The notes beneath the pieces were generated by a model. The model saw only the letters and a list, made by a program, of their open reading frames with translations. It had not been told where the DNA came from and did not search any database. Both the position numbers and the translations under genes were made by a program. Of a stretch of 64,000 nt of DNA, positions 14,597-27,600 are shown piece by piece (position 1 is the stretch's first letter; each line of letters starts with the position of its first letter). The DNA lies in assembly GCA_003344405.1 (NCBI GenBank), contig NOWV01000170.1, positions 62,001 through 126,000 of the forward strand, in the 5' to 3' direction. This stretch comes from Trichoplax sp. H2 (lineage: Eukaryota).

Positions 14597-16990
14597 TCTC
14601 TATTCTTGCAGTAAATTTATTAGTAGATTAACAGCAATACAGTTATCAAGCCTTTCAGAATGATAAACTATAAATTACCAGTAGAACCCATGCTCGCTAT
14701 ACTTCTCGTACTATATCTAGTTCGTATGAACTTGGTACTTTTTACTGAACAGACGGGCTTTTAGATTTTGCTACAGATAGTCTGATTGTGCAAAAGTAGC
14801 CACAACAATAATATCAAATTATTAATATATTATAGAGTCCATTCCAAACTCTACAGTCACAGAATACCCTAATTGTGCAACTGATAATATATAGGTGGCA
14901 CTCTCCGATAGAATAGAAATTCAAGTATATTAAGATTAGATGCAAAAATTAAAACAGTTTTCTTTTCAAAGAACAAGTAAAGGCATAATAATTAAGGGAG
15001 CCATTAAAGTTGGGAGCTATTCATGATAACCCTCTAACAGAATTATACAACGCCTGAAATATGCGAGAGTGAATAAATGTACGCTATGGTAGGATAGGTT
15101 GCAAATCACTAGCAAGATTAAATCGTGCCAAGAGCTGAGGATAGATGTTCACTACTGAAACTCAATTCTATATTTATCCAGATAGATACGAGTACGTGCA
15201 TGAAATTTTTTCTTCTATAGTTCCTATTAAAATAGTATAACCTGCTAACTGAGTGCTACGTTAAGAATGAATAGTCTGCAGTGAAGAATCAGATAGATTT
15301 TGGTGATATCAGATTAACTTAACTTAGCTATTTATGCCTACAGTATCATTTACACGTACATCTCATATTTTACAATGCAACTGATAAGCTCTAAGAATCT
15401 CGCCGACTTAGCTAGCAGTTGGTATAATCTTCCTTCTACCGTCAATAGGAGTATTTACGGTTATAGGATTGTCAACGTCTTTGCTTGTAGCAGATAACTC
15501 TAAATCTCAGTTATTAAAGTGGAATGTCACTCTGTCAATATTGTATTAGTAGAAATCCTAGTAACAACATTTTGCAACAATACTGCCAACTATTTCTGAA
15601 TATACAGGAGTAAATACCTATTAACTACTTCTTTTAGTAACTTATATTTCCAACTCTAAATAGATATGTAGTGATGCACCCGTATTGATTATACAGATAG
15701 CTATATTTGTTATAGTTAGGTTGCTTTGAATAGATATTACCGTGAAGCTAATATTAGATGATTGCTAAGTACTATATTAGAAATTGTTGATGACTAATAG
15801 TAGCCAGTTAACTAATTATGCTACAAGATTTATGTAGCTAGAAACACAGGAGTTGTTAAGATGCCCTTCAAAGAAAGGACTAGGCGTTAATAGAAGATTA
15901 GTGGCATCTTAACTAGTATGATTTAGATTATAGAAAATAATGATGTACTATTGGAGAAAAGTATTTTGTTTGATGACTTATGCCTGATTGTAGATTAATC
16001 AAGTTGTCATAAATAGATTTAACGAAATGTTTATAAGAACTGTAGAGATGAGCCGACAGAGGAGAAGAGATTTCGCTTCGCTTTGAGCTCGGAATACTTT
16101 AGATTTTAGACTAGATTCTTGTAGTAATTAATTATTGCTCTACTATTCCTAAAACCTTGTAATAAAAGCCTTTTAGAAATACAATTTGACTAAGCTATTT
16201 GTTGTGAGACGCATTTATTTCATCTATGAAATTTATCTACTTTAAAGTAACATAACTTCTTTAAACTTTCAATTTATACACGTACGTACTTATAAATAGT
16301 CCGAATAAGTAAAACATCTTTTCAAACATAGAATAGTATAAACAGAGTTGCTAAATATAATACGGTAAATAATCAGATCTATGCGTGTATAAAATAAACT
16401 GAGATATTATACACTTGTAATTCAACATGTAGGATTCGAAATCTTCACCTTGGATTATTAGTATTGTAAAAGCTGTAATAGTGATAGGTTGGTAAATTAT
16501 ACAGACTTATTGGTGCTATTTGAAGATAAACTAGATGATGAGACATCATTAACTGTGCGCCGCTTTATTATACCAGCCATCATCTGCAATTACTTTATTA
16601 AGCATAACAAATTATTCTATGCCACATAGTGCTTATATTATATTGATGTTATACTTTTAATACACATAACTACCGTAATTAGCTGAAATCACATCAATAA
16701 TTAACTAACTAATTCGGGTGTACTCGTAAATACTTTGGCTTACTCTTGTGCAAGTTAATATAATTTACCTAGTTTAAATCAATTATTACGGTCATATCAA
16801 ACAATTAAGTTTTAAAAATCTATTCATTGTGATCATTTTCCCCTCTATTAGAACTTTTAAGAACTTTGAAGAATTTATCAAGTGCAAAATGATCATCGAA
16901 ATGAATAAAGTAAAATAGTATGCCATGAACAAGATAGTAGAAAGGAGAGTAAATTCTTTTAAAAACTTTAATCCTGCACGCATTCTTTCT

Positions 16991-19228
16991 TCAGTAATAG
17001 ACGATGATATCATCCATTTCTGCAAGTCGCCCATAGATCCCATCTAAACCTACATATAAAGTATTGAATATATTAGAATGACCGGTAGTGATATCTTTAT
17101 AACATAGTTTACTATCTTTTGTCCATGTTGGAGCTCCTGTTACTCTGTATAATAAGCATAGTCTACCAAATTTGGAATATGTCCAGTCGATAAGCAAGCG
17201 AAAGTCATACCATTGACCAGGGCTTAAATAATCTCCATAGAATGTAGATCCAGGACCAGTTACAACACGAGATTGAAAATGAGCATTAGGGCAGTCATAT
17301 GGACATTTTACATAACCAAATCCCAAGGTTTGGTTACGAACTACAGAATTGTAAATGAGCAAAACAGGTCCAGCATTATTGCCAGAGCCTGATGTAATTT
17401 TTCCAGTGAATTGAAGGTATGAATCGTTTCGCGAATAATCAAAAGTAAAGTTATATTCCCTCGTTACTCGTTGGCTCCAAACACAGCTAGAACCACTTGC
17501 ATACTTTCCCCTATTAGGATCTATTGCTACAACAGGGCCACAGTTTGCATCATGGCTAGCACCCTTCCAAGGTCCTTGACCTCTTAAGCGACCAACTGTA
17601 TAATTCTCAAAATTATCTATTAATATAGGCTTCCTGATTTTAGGTATAGTTATTGGTGTATTTGTTGATGAAATTGTCTCATCAAGAATTAACCATGTAT
17701 ATTCTAATGGCTTCTCACAGTGACCGATGCTTTCACTATCATATACTATAAAGATCGTATGAATTCCACCTCTTAAAAATGTTAATGTAATATTTCTTGT
17801 GTAACTATACTCCGATAAGTTACCGTTATCTAGCAAGTAAGCGTAACGTAATTCGCTATCAGCACTCATAACAAATTCGGATATAGTCTCATTTGTTATT
17901 TTATTCGGCTTTTTCAATAACTTTACTCTTGGCGATTTTCTCTTTATGGTAGAATTTTCTTTAGTAAATGAAGTCAGCCTGTTATATAGCACGTTCTTCA
18001 TAGAGTAAATTGTAGTACGCATTTGATATGTTGTAGATGGCATAATAGGTGATATGTCTTCCAGAATCTTAGGTTCATAAGAACCTTGATTAATCGGCAA
18101 ACCATACGACGATAACCATTTATTATCGTTAGAATAAATTTGTACGATACTGACCAACGGATTACCTTGACGTATAGAAAATTGTAAGCCGGCATTTCCT
18201 CTAACATCGTTTAAAATAGGTGAAATAATTTCACCTTTACCGTAGTTGACGAGATCGCCGATTAACCATCGTGTAATAACGAGCGCTGTATATGTAGAGG
18301 TCGTTATAGATTCTTCGTATCCGTAACGATGTGTTAAATCTTTAGGGAAATCGATATGTAGATAATGAGCAGCATGAAGTATTCCGTTGAAAACAGCGCC
18401 GTCTAATATTACATCGGCAGTATCTATAATACCATCTCCACTAGCATCGACTAAAGAAGTTTTCCACGGATTGAAATCACCTCTTATCGTCGCATACGAG
18501 ATATTATAGTTAGTAGTGAATTGATACCAATCTTTGTTTAACCAGTAAGTATACGAATTTCCTTCAAAATACTCACTCTTAGCCATTTCAATATATTCTC
18601 CGTATTGTTGCCAATTGTATTGAGGATTATTAATCTTTTCTATTTGTATGTGAGCATTTTCGCTTATACCTAAATTAGGTGTTCCTACTAATAATAGTTT
18701 TCGGATAGTATTCTTACCGTCACCCCATCGCATATAAGCTCTGGCGATTAATCCGCCCATACCATGAGCTACGATATCGACTTTATCAGTACCGATAGCT
18801 CGTAATATATTGATAATAGTAATCGATAATCTATCAGCATAAGAATACATTCTAGAAGTAGAACATCTCATAGAATCTGCAACGCCGCAATAGTAAGGTA
18901 CACTACCACATTGGTGAGGTATTAATCCGATATTAGAATGTTGTATGAAATATTGATAAGGATTTTCTCGATAGAATCCGAATTGGAATATTGTACGAGG
19001 AGATAGCGAGTTATTTTGTAAATCGTTAGATGTTTGCGACCATATTTTACCAAAGTCGTAATAATCGACTTGTGTTAAATAACGTTGAATAAGGTAGTCC
19101 CATGTATTTTCAACGTTTAAATTTCCACTGTGGCCATGAATAAAAATTATCGGATAGAATTGAGTTTGTTGGCAAGTTGCAAATGTCAACATGTGTACTA
19201 AGATAATGATGTTGAAAATGTTTGCCAT
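16991..19228 (-). CDS. Single-coding-exon 745-aa secreted protein: alpha/beta-hydrolase (EstA/PGAP1-like lipase fold), Ig-like/Y_Y_Y-like module and C-terminal beta-sandwich
   Basis: Uninterrupted ORF with a signal peptide (MANIFNIIILVHMLTFATC). Lipase-fold motifs: PIIFIHG (oxyanion), VDIVAHGMGGLIAR (nucleophile elbow), LLVGTPNLG, GDGII and a later His. Confidence 0.85.
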   Translation of the reverse strand: MANIFNIIILVHMLTFATCQQTQFYPIIFIHGHSGNLNVENTWDYLIQRYLTQVDYYDFGKIWSQTSNDLQNNSLSPRTIFQFGFYRENPYQYFIQHSNIGLIPHQCGSVPYYCGVADSMRCSTSRMYSYADRLSITIINILRAIGTDKVDIVAHGMGGLIARAYMRWGDGKNTIRKLLLVGTPNLGISENAHIQIEKINNPQYNWQQYGEYIEMAKSEYFEGNSYTYWLNKDWYQFTTNYNISYATIRGDFNPWKTSLVDASGDGIIDTADVILDGAVFNGILHAAHYLHIDFPKDLTHRYGYEESITTSTYTALVITRWLIGDLVNYGKGEIISPILNDVRGNAGLQFSIRQGNPLVSIVQIYSNDNKWLSSYGLPINQGSYEPKILEDISPIMPSTTYQMRTTIYSMKNVLYNRLTSFTKENSTIKRKSPRVKLLKKPNKITNETISEFVMSADSELRYAYLLDNGNLSEYSYTRNITLTFLRGGIHTIFIVYDSESIGHCEKPLEYTWLILDETISSTNTPITIPKIRKPILIDNFENYTVGRLRGQGPWKGASHDANCGPVVAIDPNRGKYASGSSCVWSQRVTREYNFTFDYSRNDSYLQFTGKITSGSGNNAGPVLLIYNSVVRNQTLGFGYVKCPYDCPNAHFQSRVVTGPGSTFYGDYLSPGQWYDFRLLIDWTYSKFGRLCLLYRVTGAPTWTKDSKLCYKDITTGHSNIFNTLYVGLDGIYGRLAEMDDIIVYY

Positions 19229-21929
19229 GATGGAGATTGGGTCAGAAATAACAACCTATTAATTAATTAAACGACAAAATTAGAATTATCTACGTAAATA
19301 AAGTTATCTGTGTCTGTTATAAGAGTAAATGATGTTAATGGAATACCAGTAATGTCTGTATCCAATTAAGCTATGTACCACTATCTTGATTTGACACAGT
19401 AACCAAACAGGAGAGTGATGAAAGAAATTTGATTACTTGAAAAAATGCGGATGTATGAGACGCTGAAATAACGAAAAAATACATTACAAATAAAAAGACG
19501 TATACGAGACGCACAGTGCTTTTTGTGCCTATTTTACCATTCTATATAGTAATATTTATAGTAACAGATATGTTAAAAAGACAAGAATAAAACACTCTTT
19601 TGCAAACTACATACTCAAAAACAACGTAAAGATTGCCATTTTTTCTTATAATTGTAAATTTAAATCAAAAAAGTGGATACTACCTTAAGATGGGCCTTGA
19701 AGCTGTTTGGCTTGATAATTGATAAGTGCAATTATAAGTTTCGGAACAAATTTATTGCCTAAGGAAATTGCTAAGCAACAACTGCTTACGTATCTGAATT
19801 TGGTAGTATAATAGATTGATACAATGCTTAATTTAGGCACCTTAATAAGTGGTCTAGGTACTTTATAATGACATTAATTTTACAAGTGAAATACGCTACT
19901 GGTGATGGTAATGACATTGAAAAGCTATAGTTTTTCTACTACCGTTAAAGCACTATTTAAATCTAGTGTTCGATTATCACTATATAATATTGCGAATAAG
20001 AATGCGGTAGTATTGATAATATTTTAGCTTAATGGTTACAGTATACTATCAAAGGCAACAAGTTATAAATACTAAGTCATTATCCGTAGTTAACATTTAA
20101 TTGCAAACTCTACCTGCGCAGCCAATAATTATAAAATTAGTGATTCTAAATGTCGTAATATAAAATGTAGTCGACTAAATGTAGAATACAGTCCAGTATA
20201 TTGCAAATCACTAGCAAAAATAACGTCAGCAATACCTGCCTACAGTTCTGTCTACATCCGGAAGTGAGTCACTTCTATCGAAACTAACTATCACTTTTGT
20301 TGTTATATATTCACATGTACAATTGTACATATACAATACAATGTGTAAATTTAAATTGCTTTCAGTATCCCCTGCTAGGATAGCATCAATCGTAATTGAT
20401 TGCAGTATACAATGAAGGATAGAATAGATTTATATGATGTCAGATTAATTGTTACTGCTAGCAGTATATCTCCATATCGTATTTTGCGCTTGGCGTAGTA
20501 TTTAATAATTAAGTATAAGGTTCAAAATGACTTTATTTTAGCCTGTTGTTATTAATCTCGTCCTCTTGTTGATTAGAGTATTGACCGTTTTATTTCACTT
20601 ATTCTGCATGTAATCGATGATTCCAAATCTCCATTTCTAAGCATGGGCTGTCAATCATTGCATTAAAATGATTTTACGATAACCGATCTATTATCTCTGA
20701 ATAAATCCGATCCTCCGATCCCCTCCCTATTTAACGAGGTGATCTATTGGAGTAGTTAAAATAAAGTAGAACGAGAATAGTGTGTGCAAACTTACCCTTG
20801 TACCTAACAGCACTAACAAACGAGATAGATAGATACTAAGAATTACTTTTACAATGTAAAAAGCACAGCAAAAGAGAACTATTTATAAAGGCTTCTTTAT
20901 TAGCGTATTTCTATGATGCAATCAAATTAGAATGTACGAGCATTCCATAGTTCAATATAGATCATATAGTACATATATGGAATTATGCTTTAATGCAGTA
21001 GAAATTAACTTACACCAAGAAAAGACTATACTGTATATAGTAATGTAGACAATAGTTTATTTTCTTTCTTGAAACTTCCATGGAAATTTTGATCGACGCC
21101 ACGGATCTCTCTTGCTGTTCAGTATATTTGACATATTGTATGAGAACTAATTCATCCGCGGATGCGGGAAATTCTCGAGGTATTCCGACTAATGTACTAA
21201 TTAGGCTACTTCTGCACAAATAATCAATCCCTGACCGATATCTGTTAGTCCTAGGTTACTCTTTATTTGAGACTTAGTAATGATCCAAAACGACGTTGAA
21301 TATTATTTGACCTTACGGTCTAACTGAGACAATCTCGATCACGGTGGATCTCACTACTGAACGTAACTAAATCAAACAGGGCACGCGATGGCGCTTAGAC
21401 TTCTCAAACAATTATAATTACTTATGATTGCCGATAACCGGCAACTACTAACTGCAACCCTGATGAGTTGATTGACTAGAATGGAATATATAGAAATGTA
21501 AACTACGGTTTATTTTATATCTTTAAACTTTCATGAAGATTTTATCTACGCCAACTCTCCTTTAGAACGAACAAATTTCTTTTAACCCTTTCATTATGCT
21601 CGTATTATATAATTATAGTTCGAGATCTTATCCCAATGGCGACTGACTACCGATGATTAACTGCTACCAGAACGTTCTGAATAACTTCTTCTACAATGTA
21701 TTAGCTATAGTTTCTAGACTCTGGCTGAGAAATAAGATGCAACAGTATCTGTATCTGCTTGTGAAGAACGCTCGAGATAGTCAATGTAGTCACATCATCA
21801 GTTGCAAATAGCTTGTTCATATTGGTGAAATGCCAGAGATTTACACTAGTTTCGGTTATTGGAATAGTTACAGTTTAGACATGTCGACTGGCGCATAGAA
21901 ATAAAATAGCTATCTGTATTCCTTAAGGG

Positions 21930-23890
21930 TTGTACAAAATGATGGGAGCAAACATATTGATCATCTCAAGGTGTGTAATCAAGGTGTAATAATAAGAGAT
22001 GCATAACACAACATAACAAATAATAAGTAACAAGAACAGGTTGTAGGAATACAGTCTATAACTGCAGTAGTAGCCCTCGCCATAACGTAAAAACGCGATC
22101 AGAGGTCAGATTTTCCCATAAACTACGGTATGTAAAATAGCATCGGTATGCAGAATTGGATGAGATTTGCTTAACGCTAGATATCTCAACATCGTAGAAG
22201 TATCTAGCCTTATACTATTTGACCTACTTTATGGAAAACTTGATTACAGAGAAATTCTGAGAGAATTCTCATATCCTGATAAAGGCTAGTGCAATAGTCT
22301 ATAAGGTATAATCCATTTCTCATTTCCCATTGCACCCTGATGGCTATCTTGTACCAGCCTTGCGTATTATGTAGATCAGTAGCTGCAGCTATAGACTTAC
22401 AAAGTGGGAAAAATTTTCTGTTGGAGTGACAAAATAACGGGAGCAAATATACAGATCAGCTAAAGGTACATAACTTCTAGGAGACTTTAAATCAATTTTT
22501 AAGAGTTTGATACTATTCCATACATCCTACAACTGAGTTCCACACAAAGCAATCCTCTATTTCTCTCTTTTCATTTCTTCCCGAAATTAATCTTGCTCCA
22601 AACTTGTGTTCTACCTAGTGCTGCAACCACAGATTTATAAAGGGAAAAATATTCCTATTTGAGTACGTTAGTTTCTTTTCCTTTTTAAACATATTTCTAT
22701 AACTTCCCTATAATAAGTATTGGTATTCTTAAGGTTTCAGAAACGACGGGAATAAATATAGAGACCATCTAAAGGTACACAAATACTAGCAGATTTTAAA
22801 TCACTGTGCAAGTATCTGTGACTATCGTATGTATTCTATAGTCGCTATAGTCTGCAAAACATAATGGGCATAATGCATTTCTCTCTTCCTTCCTGCTGCA
22901 TCCAGATGCCTGACTATCTTGCGCCAAGCTGATGTTCTGAGCTGATCATTAGCTGGAACGTAGAAAGGGGAAAAATATCTAAATTTCTATTTATACAGGC
23001 TAGTTTCTGTTCCCGTTTAGACATACCAACTGGTACTCACAAAAAAATAACTATGCCTCTACTGTCTTACACCAAGCTTGTATTCTGTGCAAGTCGATAG
23101 CTATATGATATAGGAAAGAAGGAGAACATTTCCATTTCAGTAAGGTAGTTTTTATTGCATTTTAGAGTACCCCCCAAAAATTACTATTAGGGTTAGGGTT
23201 GCAGATGCAGCTAAAATAGTCTGCAAAGCATATTTCTCCCTTTCTACTGCATCCCGATGCCTATACTGTCTTACACCAAGCTTGTATTCTGTGCAAGTCG
23301 ATAGCTATATGATGTAGGAAAGAAGGAGAACATTTCCATTTCAGTAAGGTAGTTTTTATTGCATTTTACAGTACCCCCAAAAATTACTATTAGGGTTAGG
23401 GTTGCAGATGCAGCTAAAATAGTCTGTAAAGCATATTTCTCCCTTTCTACTGCATCCCGATGCCTATACTGTCTTACACCAAACTTGTATTCTGTGCAAG
23501 TCGATAGCTATATGATGTAGAAAAGGGGGAGAACATCTCCATTTCAGTAAGGTAGTTTCTATGGCATTTGAGACATATTAACTACTACAAGAAACAACTA
23601 CGAGTACTTGTATTAAGGTTAGGGGATTATCGGTATCCTTAAGCATGGACTACTAAAAGAATACTTGTGGTTAAGGCCAGAGTTCGGTCTTCTTCTTGCC
23701 TCTATGGTCAGGGTATTTAGGTTATGCAAACTCATACGAAACCATCTCAAAGTGCATGGCTACGCGGAGATTTTTAATCCATTTTTAAGAGTCTGCCACT
23801 CTTCTATCCATTCTACAGCTGAAGTAGTCTTCAAAGCATAATCCATTTCTCCTTTCCCATAGCATCCATATGCCTATCCTGTCTTTAATG
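21930..23890. repeat. Nested tandem array: old degenerate ~300-bp units plus a young 203-204 bp triplication (23052-23570) carrying TTAGGG dimers
   Basis: tactgtcttacaccaa.cttgtattctgtgcaagtcgatagctatatg occurs at 23060, 23264 and 23467. An older motif, gggagcaaa.ata..gatca.ct.aaggt, occurs at ~21945, 22440 and 22748, with a related copy at ~23741. Confidence 0.85.
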
Positions 23891-24607
23891 CCATAAGTCA
23901 TGACGACCATTGCAGGAGCTTGCTGACTTGCTGCCCAGTACCCACCGATCGTTACTGGACGACATGGGATCATTGCAACTGTGTTTAGTGCAGCACTCTT
24001 GGAAAATTTTTAGTCCATAGATTACTGCTTAAAATAGAGCTGGAATGCCTAAAATATGACTCCAATCCTTCTTTGACTCACTTGGCATCCATCGGAAACG
24101 GAAAACCTTGCCCTAATGCGCTGACTGAGCAGCCTGCAAGCCTCCATGGGAGCCTCTACTACAGTACGCCATACTTCGCTGAGGGCTTTAGTCAGGCGTA
24201 AAGGGATTGGCAGAAAGCTCAACAAAATATTGATTTTAATGAGTGGCCCAGCCCCGAATTCATTCGCTTTTCCATTTTTGAAGGATTTACTTTCAATTGG
24301 ACTAACACTATACCACTAGACCCTTATAACGCTGAGCAATTGGCTTTGGATATATTTTTAGGGAAAGAGAATCTTGGAAGCAATCTTGAGCTATTTTGTC
24401 CTCTGTGCATTTCCCATACTAACCATCAGTCACGGAGAAATGTATGGTCGATTATACAGTACACTAGTCTACAGGTTGCGCCCTTTTAGTTTAGTTACGA
24501 TTAATGGTGGTGTAGGAGCGATCAACGAGAGATCCTGCAGTAGTTCAATTCGATCGTGATATAGTGGACGAAGAGCAGGAAGGAGACGAAAAATTGCAAT
24601 AGCTAAC

Positions 24608-27600
24608 ATGGACTTGGGTCAAAATATAGTTAGTATGAAAGCGTTGGAGAAGAATTCTCTATCGGATATTGAATTAACCAATGCTGAAGTAAGGCGATCA
24701 TCATCAAATCGTCGAGTAGGCAGATGGCATCGATTGGATGGGTTTAAGTTTTGCATCCATATCGATGCCAGAGCATGGACTAACTTGATTATCTGAGTCA
24801 TAACATCCATCGCTATTCTATTTTAGGATTTCGAAAATGGCGATGATGATACTAATTTGATCGATTCCAAGGATGACCTGGATCTGGTAAGAACAGCTTT
24901 TGTATCTTTGTCATCGTCAATGGTGTAAATGTTGTTTTAATCCGCAAGCAACCAGGACAAGATGGGCTTGTAGACGTAATACTGTACTAACTTGATCCCA
25001 TCTTTTCATCTTTCATTTTAATTGCTTGTCTATTTAGGACGTCAAGACTGATGTGATGGTTTCCAAGGGAAACAGTTCTATAGCTAGTAGTTCCTTCAAT
25101 TTTATCAATTCCATCATTGGCGCTGGTATTATCGGTAAGTTCAGCCTTAGAAACAAGCAATATTATTTTGCATAGCACTGGTCTAGCGATATGAAGTAGA
25201 TACCCTATAAAATAGGTGATCGTGAGCGACGAATAACTTCAAATCCTGCAATAGGGGATGCCATTGGGTCTATGAGTTTATGATCTACCGATAGAACTGT
25301 AAACTTGTGTTACAAGATGCTTGATTTTCAGTGATGGAGAAGGATCATCCATCCATGCAATATGGCCTATCCTGCCTAATTGGATGATCATACTTCTAGA
25401 ACAACAGAGCTTATTACAAATTTTGAATCATAACCTATCCAATCGCTAGTACAGTATGAATCCAGAGAAGTATTCGTTATCCTCTGATGTGAGCGTAAAC
25501 GAATCACTTGATGCTGGATTACCAGCGTAAAATAGGATCACCCATCGCTACAAAATGATATACCCATAGAGTAGCCTGAATTCTTACAGACCTAAATCAT
25601 AACCTATGCAATGCCTAGTACAGTATAAATCTAGAGATGCATGAGTTATCCACTGATATGACCGTAAACTCCTTCTATATGTACTTTTATTGCGAGCGTA
25701 GAAAATGTTTATCCATCGCTATAAAGTGGCGTAGTCTGGCTGTAGTAAGATATGCTGGGAATACTGCATAGAAGTACAGTAAGTGTAACAGTTTAAGAAA
25801 CAAGAAATTTCTTTCAATGTGGAGTGCAATGAACTAGCATGATTTACGGATCTTTATAATAGCCTGTCCAATATTAATCTGGAGAGACGTACATGCACAA
25901 GACATAAATTACTTTGTGTACTATTGCTATCATAGCTCTGCCCATAATTATCCTTAACCTTAAATCTAAATCTTCAATTATATCAGCATATTGTAGTAAC
26001 AATAAGGACAGCTGAAAAGATGACAGAGATGATTCTGTCGTTCAACTACTAATACCTCTCATCATCTTGCTTATAGGTATACCTTACTCAATACGAGAGT
26101 CTGGCTTTGTATTTGGAATCATTTTATTATTTCTTGTGGCTTATGTAACAGGTAAGATTACCTAGTTAACTTTCTTGTATCATTCTAATCAAGTTATGCT
26201 AGTAATGTAATGAAAAATGAATTTATTCTGGTCAACCTTCAATCACCCATGGTCTATATACAAGATTTTTCAATCCTATTACTTGTTAAATCTGGAGATA
26301 AAGCTAAAGTCAATACATACCAGGTAATTGATTGAATAGGTTTGTGACTGAAATAATCGAGCCAAGAAACTAGCAGTTTTGACGTACTGTCAATCGGAAT
26401 AAAAATCTAGTTTGGAAATGAAATAATATTCGTGTAGACTGTACAATGCACTTGTATTCTACTATACCGTACAACATACAGTTTTGTTTCTTTTGAATTT
26501 CGTAATGGCACACCTTTTCTATTAGTTATTTATTAATCTCCTAATCCAAAGTATGAAATAATAATAGACAAAGATCAACGCGTTGAATATCAAGCTACTC
26601 AAGTAGTAATAATTAGACTTAAATAATAGCAAACTTGATTTACTACTAATCCAATAAATTGCGTTGCCAAGCTATTCTAGAACAGCAGTTTAAATGTTGT
26701 AATTTCGTATTCTATCACTTTCATACAATGTTACAATATCAGCTTTAATACTCGTTTACGATATAATAGGGATTGGTTAAAGCAGCATTTGGTCGAAATG
26801 GTTATATCATTTTATCAATATGTCAGTTTGTTTTTCCATTCTCAGGTAATGAGTAGACGAAAAAATTTTTATATAGTTTCGCTATACTGATCCTATTTCG
26901 GATAATGAATTAGACATCAAATGCAAAGTAAAATTTATGAAATGCGTACAATTTTACTGATGCCTTTCTTTTATTTTACCTTAGCCATGATGGGTTATTG
27001 CGTTATTATTGGCGATACAATACCTGTCGTACTGTTCCGAGCTAGTAAGGAATTTTGCGCTTTGAATTACCTTCTATTTCTTATTTTATTTTATTTGTTA
27101 CAAGTAGCCTACAATCTCTATCCTTTGCTTCTTGAATTCATCTTATAAAATAATAACTAGTACTGAGTCTTAAAAAATCTCTCTAAATTGAATTTCTCTT
27201 ACTTGTATAGACGTGTAATTACGGATAGCAATTCAATTTTAATAATACTACCCTTGTCATTCTCTAGCTGGCAGTGAATTACTTGGCAATCGACAGTTTA
27301 TTATAGCAATCGCTGTAATATTCGTTATGTTACCAATTAGTTCCCTTAAAAAAATTGGCAATCTTGGAGCTGTAAGTTGATAGCTTAATTATTTAATACG
27401 TTAACTGATGCGTTGATAATAATAAGAAATATGTCTTTATAATGTAAGGTTTCCTTCGTTTCTTTGGTCTGCGTGGTATACATTGTTATTGTCGTTATCG
27501 TCAGAGCAGGAACACTTAGCACTGTAGTGTAAGTTATCTACAGGTCTGCAATTGACCATAGTATATTGCATTAATATACGAGCTATCTTATCAAATGAGT

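Noticed and set aside
16792-17043. 83-aa ORF overlapping the lipase-like gene end (operon-like coupling)
   Set aside because: AT-rich 3' UTR-like sequence with no recognisable domain; chance ORF.
23930-24260. GC-richer patch that might be an ncRNA or tRNA
   Set aside because: No cloverleaf, A/B box or snRNA/snoRNA motif was recognised; it is probably part of the SLC38A11 promoter.
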